64,000 bases of DNA from an uncultured Candidatus Saccharibacteria bacterium. Lineage in GTDB: Bacteria > Patescibacteriota > Minisyncoccia > Phycocordibacterales > CSBR16-119. Both the position numbers and the translations under genes were made by a program. A model generated the notes under the pieces. It did no database searches. It was not told the origin of the DNA and saw only the letters and a program-made list of their open reading frames with translations. Position 1 is the stretch's first letter. Each line of letters begins with the position of its first letter. The DNA lies in contig CAZHCS010000001.1 of assembly GCA_964531475.1 (NCBI GenBank), positions 112,739 through 176,738 of the forward strand. The letters are read 5' to 3'. This document shows positions 9,358 through 17,962 of the stretch, piece by piece.

Positions 9358-10344
9358 TTAGCGCCTCTTCAAAACTTTTTTAACGGCGAGCTTGATATGG
9401 CTAACGTCCATACCATAGTGAGCAATGAGTTCATCCATCGTGCCTGATTGGCCGAATTGATCATGAACTCCGATAAATTCTTGGAAACAAGGCTTCGTCT
9501 GCGCCAACGCTTCGGCAACAGCGCTACCCATACCGCCAGCGATTTGATGCTCCTCTACCGTAACCACACGGCCTATTTTGCTGACGTAGTCTATCATGGC
9601 CATATCGAGTGGTTTTATGGTAGCAAGATGTATAACGACGGTCTGTATTCCCTCTTCAGAAAGCTCTTTAGCCGCCACAAGTGCGTTGTGTGTCAGTGCG
9701 CCGGTTGAAATGATAGCGACTTTCGGATCAGCTGATTTCCAGAATATCTGTGATTTGCCGATTTCAAAAGATGTGTCTTTGGTTGTGATAACTGGTGTTT
9801 TTTCGCGACCAAGGCGGATGTATACCGGGCCTTCGGACTGTGCGGCCCAAAGAGTCGCTTTCCTGGCTTCTTCGGCATCGCAAGGATTGATAACAGTCAT
9901 TCGCGGCAACATGCGCATGAGACCAATATCTTCAAGCGCTTGATGCGTCGCACCGTCAGGGCCGACCGAGACCCCGGCGTGACAGCCGGCAATTTTTACC
10001 GGGACGTTGTTTATACAGATCGTGGTACGGATCTGTTCATTGTTCCTGCCAGGAGAAAACGAAGCGTATGACATGATGAATGGAATCTTGCCGTAGTTCG
10101 CCATGCCCGATGCCACAGCCGCCAAATTCTGCTCGGCCACGCCCATCTCGACGTAGCGCTTTGGGAATTTTTCCTTGAACCAATGCGCGCGCGTAGACTC
10201 AGCGAGGTCCGCGCACACGGCAATGACTCGCTCATCTTTCTCGCCCGCTTCTACCAATCCATGCCCAAAACCGTCCCTGGTCGGAACTTTCTCGACGCCT
10301 GGAGAGAACAGCTTGTCGTTTAGTTTTGAATTGGCGTTGAGCAT
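9358..10344 (-). CDS. Transketolase, C-terminal (pyrimidine-binding) subunit
   Basis: Split transketolase C-half, with ...EQNLAAVASGMA...PFIMSYASF... and the C-terminal TK_C region. Confidence 0.85.
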   Translation of the reverse strand: MLNANSKLNDKLFSPGVEKVPTRDGFGHGLVEAGEKDERVIAVCADLAESTRAHWFKEKFPKRYVEMGVAEQNLAAVASGMANYGKIPFIMSYASFSPGRNNEQIRTTICINNVPVKIAGCHAGVSVGPDGATHQALEDIGLMRMLPRMTVINPCDAEEARKATLWAAQSEGPVYIRLGREKTPVITTKDTSFEIGKSQIFWKSADPKVAIISTGALTHNALVAAKELSEEGIQTVVIHLATIKPLDMAMIDYVSKIGRVVTVEEHQIAGGMGSAVAEALAQTKPCFQEFIGVHDQFGQSGTMDELIAHYGMDVSHIKLAVKKVLKRR

Positions 10345-10345
10345 A

Positions 10346-10639
10346 TTATTTTAGGTTAAACAAAACTATCAACACAACTGCAATTGCAATTAAAAGCAGC
10401 GTGCCACTTCGCCTCTTTAGGAATTTAGACAGGTATCCTTGCTCTTCGAGACTTTTGGAACCAAACATAAAGAAAACTATTCCAAACACTGGCCCCCAAA
10501 TTAACAGAACAATGGCGGCATCAGATTTTGGAAATGCAGATTGACCCATCATCCAAAGGATCAAAAGCCTAAGACTATTTAGAAGCAGTAAAACCCCAAT
10601 CGTTATTATAAAATAGTTTGTAAGGTTTCCTTTTTTCAT
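10346..10639 (-). CDS. Small membrane protein (2-3 TM)
   Basis: 97-aa hydrophobic ORF wedged between the two transketolase halves, with 1-3 nt gaps on each side. Confidence 0.5.
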   Translation of the reverse strand: MKKGNLTNYFIITIGVLLLLNSLRLLILWMMGQSAFPKSDAAIVLLIWGPVFGIVFFMFGSKSLEEQGYLSKFLKRRSGTLLLIAIAVVLIVLFNLK

Positions 10640-10642
10640 AAT

Positions 10643-11506
10643 TTATTCACTATGACCTCCTTCTATTTTACCTTTCATCGTCCGTAATTCCTTCAACCAC
10701 TTTTGCTCTTGTTCCTTGTTCGGCGGGGTGCCGTGCCATTTGTAGTCGTACTCGATTTCGCTGATGCCTTTGCCGGCAATAGTGCGCGCAATGATGACTG
10801 TCGGCTTCTCGACGATCGCTTTCGCCTGTTCTACCGCGTCGACAATCGCTTCCATATTGTGGCCATCGATCTCGAGCACATGCCAGCCAAATGCACGCCA
10901 TTTATCTGCAAGTGGCTCGAGCGGCATGATGTCTTCGGTCATACCGTTGATCTGTATATTGTTGCGGTCGATCACGGCAGTCAGGTTCGAGAGCTTGTTC
11001 GCGCCGGCGAACATTGCCGCTTCCCAACTATTCCCAGCATCGAGCTCGCCGTCAGACAGGAAGCAATACGTGCGGAATTTTTTGCCGTCCATACGCGCAG
11101 CAAGTGCGTATCCGGCGGCTTGCGAAAGGCCAGAACCGAGTGGGCCAGAAGTAGACTCAAGTCCCGGCAATTTCTCGCGTTCCGGATGCCCCTGGAGCCG
11201 TGAGCAGAACTTACGCAGCGTAGAGAGCTCCTTGAGCGGGAAATACCCGGCATGAGCCATTGTGGCGTATCTGACAGGCACGATATGGCCGTTTGAGAGA
11301 AAGAGCCTGTCACGCTCGTCCCAATCTGGCCGCTTCGGATCGTGCTTCAAGATATGGAAATAAAACGCTGTGAAAATATCCGCCATATCGAGCGGCCCGG
11401 CCGTATGTCCCGAACCGGCGTCTTCGAGCATATCGATAATGCTTTGGCGAATGTCATTCGCCTGTAGCTCGAGCATTTTCTCTTTTCCGGGGTTTAGATT
11501 AGGCAT
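10643..11506 (-). CDS. Transketolase, N-terminal (TPP-binding) subunit
   Basis: ...GSGHTAGPLDMADI...SDGELDAGNSWEA..., the TPP-binding N-half. Confidence 0.85.
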   Translation of the reverse strand: MPNLNPGKEKMLELQANDIRQSIIDMLEDAGSGHTAGPLDMADIFTAFYFHILKHDPKRPDWDERDRLFLSNGHIVPVRYATMAHAGYFPLKELSTLRKFCSRLQGHPEREKLPGLESTSGPLGSGLSQAAGYALAARMDGKKFRTYCFLSDGELDAGNSWEAAMFAGANKLSNLTAVIDRNNIQINGMTEDIMPLEPLADKWRAFGWHVLEIDGHNMEAIVDAVEQAKAIVEKPTVIIARTIAGKGISEIEYDYKWHGTPPNKEQEQKWLKELRTMKGKIEGGHSE

Positions 11507-12176
11507 TTGAAACTCGTTTAAAATCTTCTATTGCAATCTCGGGAGCGTTCGCGCCGAATATCCCTGAGCCGGAGACGAGACGATTCGCGCCGGCGAGGGC
11601 GAGTTCACGCGCGGTTTCAAGGTTTACTCCGCCATCAATAGAAATTATAGCACCTGGCTTTATTTCGCGGACATGACGAACCTGATCAAGTACACGCGGA
11701 TCGAATGGTTGACCCTGGTAGCCGATATTTTCTATACCCATAAGCTGCACAAACGCAGCTTTGCGGATTATTTCACGCCAATTTTCGAGATTATCCGTCG
11801 TTAGAAACGCAATCCCCCACTCAGCGCCAATCTTTTCAATCTCATTTTCAAAAACTTCCCTATCTTCAATCGAATTGGCATGTATTATGAGCCGTGACGC
11901 GCCAAGCTTTACGAATTTTCGTAAGTCCGCTTCTGGTCCGCGTACCATCAGATCAAATTCGTATTTTACTTTGTCGCTAAATGGCAAACGAATCTCGCCG
12001 TCGATTAATTCTTTGACACTCTGTTGATCCTTCGGGAAAAACGGCCACGATTTCGCCTCGACGAATTGCCCGTCCATTAGGTCGAGCTGCACCCACTCGA
12101 CGTGCAAAGCGACCTTCTCGGTATGTTCGCCGATATCGTGAAAGCTTTTCGGCATGATAGCCGGGATAATTTGCAT
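11499..12176 (-). CDS. rpe: Ribulose-phosphate 3-epimerase
   Basis: MQIIPAIMP...DLMDGQFV...SIDGGVN, which is Rpe-like. TAGAAT sits 6 nt upstream of the ATG. Confidence 0.85.
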   Translation of the reverse strand: MQIIPAIMPKSFHDIGEHTEKVALHVEWVQLDLMDGQFVEAKSWPFFPKDQQSVKELIDGEIRLPFSDKVKYEFDLMVRGPEADLRKFVKLGASRLIIHANSIEDREVFENEIEKIGAEWGIAFLTTDNLENWREIIRKAAFVQLMGIENIGYQGQPFDPRVLDQVRHVREIKPGAIISIDGGVNLETARELALAGANRLVSGSGIFGANAPEIAIEDFKRVSNA

Positions 12177-12227
12177 ACTTCTATTCTATCATTTTCTATC
12201 CACTAGAAGCTAACCACTAGCCACTCA

Positions 12228-13220
12228 TTAAAATCCTTGATCCGCGCGACATTCTTCTTGGAGTCTTTTGGTGAAAACATTTTGCGCTTCTTCGAAATTA
12301 TCAGGATTGCCGTCCCAGGCAATGAGTGCGTCGTTTTGTAGTGCGCGTGAGTATGAAAAAGCTATCTGCCACGGCAATGGTTCGAGTTTTGCCATTTCTC
12401 GCAGGTTGTCTGTCGCCTCTTTCGGACTTTGTCCACCCGATAGGAAAACCACGCCAGCTGTTTGCCTAGGCACTATCGCCTTTAAGACATCTGTCGTGTG
12501 CTTTGCAACCGTTGGCGCGTCAGCTCTCGACTCGTTCTGTGAACCAGAAATAACCATACTTGTTTTCAATATGAGCCCTTCGAGAGAAACGAAATACTTC
12601 GGTAGTTCTTCGAACAAAATAGTAAGCACGCGATGCGTTACCTCGCGAGATTTCTCGATAGAGTGCGGTCCATCGAGTAGAACTTCTGGCTCAACTATCG
12701 GGACAATGGATTCATCCTGACAAGCCTTGGCATAACGCGCGAGAATCTTGGCATTTTCACGAATACATTCGTCAGTCGGAGTCGTAGCAGAGATTTTGAA
12801 CGCCGCACGCCATTTAGCAAACGAAGCGCCCATAGCGCGATACTCGGCAAGTCTGCCCGGCAAACCGTTTAGACCCTGGGTAATAGTTTCCTCTGGAGAG
12901 CCTGGCATAGGGACCAAGCCTTCGTCGACTTTGATCCCGATAAGCACGCCGTGCTGCTCCATGTATTTTGTAAACGGTACTCCGTCAGATGTTGATTGCC
13001 TTAGAGTTTCGTCATAAAGAATAATGCCGGTGACGTAGTCTTCGAGATGAGGAGTAGTAATGAGAAGTTCTCGCCAAAGCCTACGCATGCCTTCGGTTTC
13101 GGGAATGCCAAGCGCGTTGAAACGTTTGTTACATGTCGCATTGCTTTCGTCCGCAGCCAAAATACCTTTTTTGGGCTCGACAAGTCTATTAGCGATAGTG
13201 TGAAGCTTTTGGATATCCAT
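12228..13220 (-). CDS. fba: Fructose-bisphosphate aldolase, class I
   Basis: Eukaryote-type class I FBA signature ...GILAADES... and a Schiff-base lysine region. Confidence 0.85.
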   Translation of the reverse strand: MDIQKLHTIANRLVEPKKGILAADESNATCNKRFNALGIPETEGMRRLWRELLITTPHLEDYVTGIILYDETLRQSTSDGVPFTKYMEQHGVLIGIKVDEGLVPMPGSPEETITQGLNGLPGRLAEYRAMGASFAKWRAAFKISATTPTDECIRENAKILARYAKACQDESIVPIVEPEVLLDGPHSIEKSREVTHRVLTILFEELPKYFVSLEGLILKTSMVISGSQNESRADAPTVAKHTTDVLKAIVPRQTAGVVFLSGGQSPKEATDNLREMAKLEPLPWQIAFSYSRALQNDALIAWDGNPDNFEEAQNVFTKRLQEECRADQGF

Positions 13221-13228
13221 GAGGGTAA

Positions 13229-13256
13229 GTTTATAGTTTTTAGGTTATAGTTTATA
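13229..13256. repeat. TTATAGTTTTTAG-type spacer motif, copy A
   Basis: tttatagtttttaggttatagtttatag lies in the fba-rpiB spacer and is part of a 17-bp stem inverted repeat (aggttatagtttatagt / actataaactataacct). Confidence 0.5.
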
Positions 13257-13297
13257 GTAAAAAATCTATGCACTATAAACTATAACCTATGCACTCG

Positions 13298-13741
13298 CTA
13301 ATTATCTAATTTCATTATCCTCCTATTGTGTCGTTCATCTCCGGAAAATTTTGTGGAAAGAAATAGATCAACGGCGGCTTTCGCTTCTTGTTCTGAAATA
13401 AATCGTGCACCGAGCGAGAGAATATTCGCATCATTGTGCTCGCGTGCGAGCTTGATGATTTCTTCTGGTCCGCCGTAGTAGACCGCAGCACGAACACCGA
13501 AAAGCCTGTTAGCCTCTACGGCTTCACCCGTTCCAGTTCCACCGATAACAATACCGAAGGCGTTGGAATCAGTTTCTGCCACCCCTTCGGCAACAAGCGC
13601 GACGAAGTCTGGATAATCGTCTGTCGGATCAAAATGCTCCGGACCCTTGTCCACGACCTCGTGTCCCATAAGCCCAAGATGGCTCACGAGCACTTTCTTC
13701 ATTTCAAAACCGGCGTGATCGCTTGCGATGTAGATTTTCAT
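13298..13741 (-). CDS. rpiB: Ribose-5-phosphate isomerase B
   Basis: MKIYIASDHAGFEMK... RpiB/LacAB family, 147 aa. Confidence 0.85.
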   Translation of the reverse strand: MKIYIASDHAGFEMKKVLVSHLGLMGHEVVDKGPEHFDPTDDYPDFVALVAEGVAETDSNAFGIVIGGTGTGEAVEANRLFGVRAAVYYGGPEEIIKLAREHNDANILSLGARFISEQEAKAAVDLFLSTKFSGDERHNRRIMKLDN

Positions 13742-13745
13742 GTTT

Positions 13746-13773
13746 AGTTTATAGTTTTTAGCTTATAGTGTAT
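13746..13773. repeat. TTATAGTTTTTAG-type spacer motif, copy B
   Basis: tttatagtttttagcttatagtgtatag lies in the rpiB / 4-helix-bundle spacer. Confidence 0.5.
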
Positions 13774-13779
13774 AGAGTA

Positions 13780-14136
13780 TTATTTCAGTTTCTGTCTCAT
13801 TGAGTTTAACATTTTCATTACTTCTGCCAATAGCTTCTCTGCAATTGAAGTATCAATGTTTTTACCGAATGGAAGATTTCTCAGCAAAATTAGTTGAGTC
13901 TCTAGTTCTGCACTTGACCCGTAGGCTATTGTAATAAAATTACAAAAATCCTTTCTTGTCCCTCGTTTACTACCTTCAGCAATATTGGACGGAATTGAAA
14001 CTGCGCATCTGTTCATCTGGGAAGAGAGTCCGAATTTCTCTGATTGTGGTAGCTGAGACGTGATCTCGTATACCTTAATTGCCAACTCCATACTCTTCTG
14101 CCAAACGACCAGGTCTTTGTTGGAATCCAAGCCCAT
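13780..14136 (-). CDS. Four-helix-bundle protein (PF05635-like; rRNA-IVS protein / Avd-like family)
   Basis: ...VWQKSMELAIKVYEIT...NRCAVSIPSNIAEGSKRGTRKDFCNFITIAYGSSAELETQLILL..., the hallmark pattern of this family. Length 118 aa. Confidence 0.7.
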   Translation of the reverse strand: MGLDSNKDLVVWQKSMELAIKVYEITSQLPQSEKFGLSSQMNRCAVSIPSNIAEGSKRGTRKDFCNFITIAYGSSAELETQLILLRNLPFGKNIDTSIAEKLLAEVMKMLNSMRQKLK

Positions 14137-14140
14137 ATTC

Positions 14141-14168
14141 GTCGTCTATAAACTATGCACTAAAAACT
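14141..14168. repeat. TTATAGTTTTTAG-type spacer motif, copy C (inverted)
   Basis: The reverse complement reads gcttatagtttttagtgcatagtttatag, in the 4-helix-bundle / gap spacer. Confidence 0.5.
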
Positions 14169-15201
14169 ATAAGCTCGTCGCTGTCTTCAGTACGTGCTGA
14201 AGCAGCGTCGCCGTATACCCCATCTCGTTGTCGTACCAAGCCATAACTTTGACCAGGTTGCCGCCAACGACGCGCGTCATCTCTAGGTCGACAATGCTCG
14301 GGATCGTCACGCCGATAATGTCTGAGGAAACGATCGGCTCGTCAGTTGCAGTCAGAAGTCCTACCCAACGCGGATCTTTCGAAGCGGTAACGAGAATCTT
14401 GTTAACCTCTTCAACCGTCGTTGGTCTCTTGGAAATGAACGTCACGTCGACAAGCGAGCCGACTGGCACCGGCACGCGAATGGAAATGCCGTCGAAAAGT
14501 CCGGTTAGCGCAGGGAAAGCTTTGGTCACCGCTATCGCCGCGCCCGTAGAACTTGGGACAATATTTTCCGCCGCAGCCCTGCCCTCTCGCAAATCTTTTT
14601 TAGACGGTCCATCAACGAGCGCCTGCGACGCCGTGTATCCGTGAACGGTGGAGAGGATTGCCTTTTCAATACCGAGAGATTCGTGCAAAACGCCAATAAG
14701 TGGCGACGCGGCATTCGTCGTGCATGAAGCATTGGACGTAATATCACATGTGCCGAATTTGTCTTCGTTAACGCCAAGAAGAATCGTTTCGCCAGGTACT
14801 GTTCCGTCAGAGTCTTTCGCTGGCGCGGAAATGACAACCTTCTTCGCACCCTGGTCGAGATGGAATTTGGCCTTCTCAAACGAAGTAAAAAGTCCCGTTG
14901 ATTCTACGACAACGTCGATATTTAAATCTTTCCATGGAAGTCCTGCGGGGTCTTTGGAAGAAACAAATTTCGTCTCGAGCTTTTTAGCACCATCAGAAAC
15001 GACAAGGTTACCGGAACTAAAATCCACAGAAAAAGGCGCACGACCATACACTGTGTCGTATTTGAGGAGATACGCGAGACTTTCTATAGTGCCAAGGTCG
15101 TTCACAGCCACGACTTCTATATCGTCGCGCTCCCAGGCCATCTTATAAAAAGCTCGCCCAATGCGACCAAAACCGTTTATGGCAACACGTACTTTTTGCA
15201 T
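14167..15201 (-). CDS. gap: Glyceraldehyde-3-phosphate dehydrogenase
   Basis: NGFGRIGR Rossmann motif and the SCTTNA active-site signature. Confidence 0.9.
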   Translation of the reverse strand: MQKVRVAINGFGRIGRAFYKMAWERDDIEVVAVNDLGTIESLAYLLKYDTVYGRAPFSVDFSSGNLVVSDGAKKLETKFVSSKDPAGLPWKDLNIDVVVESTGLFTSFEKAKFHLDQGAKKVVISAPAKDSDGTVPGETILLGVNEDKFGTCDITSNASCTTNAASPLIGVLHESLGIEKAILSTVHGYTASQALVDGPSKKDLREGRAAAENIVPSSTGAAIAVTKAFPALTGLFDGISIRVPVPVGSLVDVTFISKRPTTVEEVNKILVTASKDPRWVGLLTATDEPIVSSDIIGVTIPSIVDLEMTRVVGGNLVKVMAWYDNEMGYTATLLQHVLKTATSL

Positions 15202-15260
15202 GAAGATATTTTATCACCACATACTGAAAATACCTCAACAAGTATTTGTCTTATCCACAA

Positions 15261-15285
15261 CTGGTCGAGGTCGGACCTCGACCAG
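15261..15285. repeat. REP palindrome, family 1 (inverted copy)
   Basis: CTGGTCGAGGTCgGACCTCGACCAG, a 25-bp palindrome 18 nt upstream of the RAYT start. Confidence 0.7.
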
Positions 15286-15302
15286 TTTGTTAAAATTAAT
15301 CT

Positions 15303-15920
15303 ATGACTCGAAAAGATTCCTTTACGACCGGTTATCATTATCACGTTTATAATCGTGGTGTCGATAAAAGAAACATTTTCAAAAGCAAATCTGATTATGC
15401 TCGATTTTTAGACATACTCGAGCGTTTCAATAGTTCCCTAGCTGCAAATAATACGTCACGTGATTCAGTTCGCAAGAGAAAAGAAGACCTATCGTTAGTC
15501 AAAATTCACGCACATTGCTTAATGCCGAATCATTACCATCTTATTTTGGAGCAGCTTGTAGACAATGGGATTTCAAAATTTCTTCAAAAAGTAATGACGG
15601 GCTATACGATGTATTTCAATTTGAAACACGAACGATCAGGCGTTTTATTCCAAGGCAAGACAAAATCAAAACTTATACTAGAGGACGACTATCTCCGTTG
15701 GCTTAAGCAGTACATTGCACTCAATCCACTCGATCTCCATACACCAAATTGGAAAGAAAATGGAATTCAAGATCATAAAAGTGCAATCAATTTTTTGAAA
15801 GATTACGCTTATAGAAGCGAATACGATTATAACGATTGCGACCTTAACGGCTTTATTAAAGAATTACAAGAAGACAACTGGTCGAGGTCCGACCTCGACC
15901 AGGTGCGCGTTGAGAAATAA
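15303..15920 (+). CDS. IS200-like Y1 transposase (REP-associated tyrosine transposase, RAYT-like)
   Basis: HUH motif CLMPNHYHLILE and the catalytic-Tyr helix KQYIALNPLDL. The 3' end of the ORF runs through a REP copy. Confidence 0.8.
   Translation: MTRKDSFTTGYHYHVYNRGVDKRNIFKSKSDYARFLDILERFNSSLAANNTSRDSVRKRKEDLSLVKIHAHCLMPNHYHLILEQLVDNGISKFLQKVMTGYTMYFNLKHERSGVLFQGKTKSKLILEDDYLRWLKQYIALNPLDLHTPNWKENGIQDHKSAINFLKDYAYRSEYDYNDCDLNGFIKELQEDNWSRSDLDQVRVEK
15878..15902. repeat. REP palindrome, family 1
   Basis: CTGGTCGAGGTCcGACCTCGACCAG inside the last codons of the RAYT gene (WSRSDLDQV). Confidence 0.7.
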
Positions 15921-15980
15921 ATTGGTGGAAAAGCAAAGCGCCCCGTCGAAACAGGGCGCCAAGATGCTATTAGCTCATGC

Positions 15981-16463
15981 CTACGGCAGGTAGTACTTGA
16001 GATCCGAGTACCCGCCATCACTATCAGGATTAGCTTCCCACCCGAAGTCTTTCACCAGATGGTCTCTGAGCAGCTGTGCCATGGCAGCAAGTGCCTTTTT
16101 CCATTCAGGGTATTTCGTTTCAGAGTCCCTGAAGTCCACATAGTGAACACCGTCGGTGATACCGAGGATGCAATGATAGCGCTCTCCCTCATTGGGATAC
16201 AGGTTGATTCTCAACCCGATCAGATCTACGTCTTTGTTAATATCGAAAACGTACCTGGTCAATATTGTCATTCCAGGATATTCGTCACTAAGTCTTGCCC
16301 CCTTGGCATTGTTTGAATGACCATCAAGATCAAGAATTGCCTCTGGGGGCAAGACCTCTAGCCTGACACCCTTGTTCTCTGAGTTATGAACGTCCCACCG
16401 CTGAAAAGCGTCTGCCAACTCCTCAACGAGAACTCGAGCGATCTTATACTGGAGCATGTCCAT
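15981..16463 (-). CDS. Hypothetical protein
   Basis: 160-aa ORF adjacent to the RAYT unit. No motif recognised. Confidence 0.45.
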   Translation of the reverse strand: MDMLQYKIARVLVEELADAFQRWDVHNSENKGVRLEVLPPEAILDLDGHSNNAKGARLSDEYPGMTILTRYVFDINKDVDLIGLRINLYPNEGERYHCILGITDGVHYVDFRDSETKYPEWKKALAAMAQLLRDHLVKDFGWEANPDSDGGYSDLKYYLP

Positions 16464-16537
16464 TTTGCAATTGTGTTGTGCCCTTTTCAGGAGCTGGTTT
16501 GTACTTTTTGTGTCGGTAATTTTATAGCATTTTATTA

Positions 16538-17962
16538 CTATTTTGTCAATATTTCCTGGAGTATCTTCAAGGCAAGCTGCGGATTGGCGCTTCCCTTAGA
16601 CTCACGCATAAACTGCCCGACGAGGAATTGGATGGATTTTTCGTTACCGGATTTGTAGTCTAGGGCGACTTTCGGATTGGCGACGATGATGGCTTCGGCG
16701 GTGGCCTTGAGTTTACCTTCGTCGAATTCTTGAATGAGGCCGTGCTCTTTGGCGAAAGTCTCTGGATCGATATCAGCTTTTACGATTTCCGCGATAAGGT
16801 CTTTGGCTCCACGAGAGCTTAGTTTATTGTCGCCGAGCATCTGCATGATTTTCGCAAAGCTTTCTGGTTTCGGGAATTTAAAATCTGCGCCAGCAATCTT
16901 TCGAAGACCATTTAAATCAGACAAAATATAGTTCACTGCTGGTCGAGGTCCGACCTCGACCAGGATTGCTTCGAGAAATTGGATTAATTCAAAATCTGAA
17001 ACGAGAATCTCAACATCCTCATCTTTAATGCCAAGCGCCTTCAGCCTCTCACGCTTCGCAGACGGAAGTTCTGGCAATTCCGCTCGCATCTTTTCAAGAT
17101 CAAACATCTCATGCAAGTACATCTTCGGAATATCTGGTTCCGGGAAGTAACGATAGTCGTGAGAATCTTCTTTCTTCCTTTGTGAAAATGTCGATTGTTT
17201 GTTTTCGTCCCATCCGCGCGTTTCTTGGATAATCTCGCTTCCCTTGCCAGCTTCAAGAAGCGCAATGTGGCGCTTGATCTCGTACTCGGCCGCTTTTTCG
17301 ACAGCTTTGAAAGAGTTTATGTTTTTGACTTCGACTTTTGTGCCAAATTTGTCCGTATCAGAAACAGACAAGTTCAGCTCTACACGCATTTCACCCTTTT
17401 CCATGTTCGCATCAGACACACCGAGGGTTCGGAGAAGTAATTGGAGTTCGCGTCCGAAGTCACCCGCTTCTTTGGCGCTATGAATTACTGGTTCGGTAAC
17501 GAGTTCCATGAGTGGCACACCAGCGCGATTGTAGTCGATGAGCGAAAAGCCCGCCCCGACCGAAGCGTCGGGGTCGCCATCCCTGTGTTTGTTGTTCGCG
17601 GTATCTTCTTCGAGATGCACGCGCGTTACAGCGACACCATTGAGTTTTCCACCAGAAACGATCGGATATTTGTATTGAGAAATTTGGTAGCCTTTCGGGA
17701 TATCCGGATAGAAATAGTTCTTGCGGTCAAATTCGGTGAAGTTCGCGATGTTGGCACCGAGCGCGAGGCCGACTTTGACCACGCTCTCGACGGCTTTCAT
17801 ATTCGGCACAGGCAAAGTTCCTGGATGCGCCATACATACGGGACAAACATTGACGTTTGGCTTTTCCTCGTCGGGATTATTCCGGCACGCGCAAAACATC
17901 TTGGTAGTTGTTTTCAACTCCGCGTGAATTTCTAACCCAATTGTGACTTTGTAATCTTTCAT
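16538..17962 (-). CDS. gatB: Asp-tRNA(Asn)/Glu-tRNA(Gln) amidotransferase subunit B
   Basis: MKDYKVTIGLEIHAEL... GatB N-terminus and a C-terminal GatB/YqeY domain. It contains an in-frame REP copy at 16939-16963. Confidence 0.9.
   Translation of the reverse strand: MKDYKVTIGLEIHAELKTTTKMFCACRNNPDEEKPNVNVCPVCMAHPGTLPVPNMKAVESVVKVGLALGANIANFTEFDRKNYFYPDIPKGYQISQYKYPIVSGGKLNGVAVTRVHLEEDTANNKHRDGDPDASVGAGFSLIDYNRAGVPLMELVTEPVIHSAKEAGDFGRELQLLLRTLGVSDANMEKGEMRVELNLSVSDTDKFGTKVEVKNINSFKAVEKAAEYEIKRHIALLEAGKGSEIIQETRGWDENKQSTFSQRKKEDSHDYRYFPEPDIPKMYLHEMFDLEKMRAELPELPSAKRERLKALGIKDEDVEILVSDFELIQFLEAILVEVGPRPAVNYILSDLNGLRKIAGADFKFPKPESFAKIMQMLGDNKLSSRGAKDLIAEIVKADIDPETFAKEHGLIQEFDEGKLKATAEAIIVANPKVALDYKSGNEKSIQFLVGQFMRESKGSANPQLALKILQEILTK
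16939..16963. repeat. REP palindrome, family 1, embedded in-frame in gatB
   Basis: An identical 25-mer encoding LVEVGPRPA within the GatB linker region. Confidence 0.7.

Larger units (their letters stand above)
15261..15902 (+). mobile_element. REP-RAYT-REP unit (family 1)
   Basis: A Y1 transposase gene bracketed by two inverted copies of the same 25-bp palindrome. Confidence 0.6.

Noticed and set aside
10703-11255. Two ~165-aa plus-strand ORFs inside transketolase N-half
   Set aside because: Antisense shadow ORFs. The minus-strand frame carries the TPP-binding motifs.
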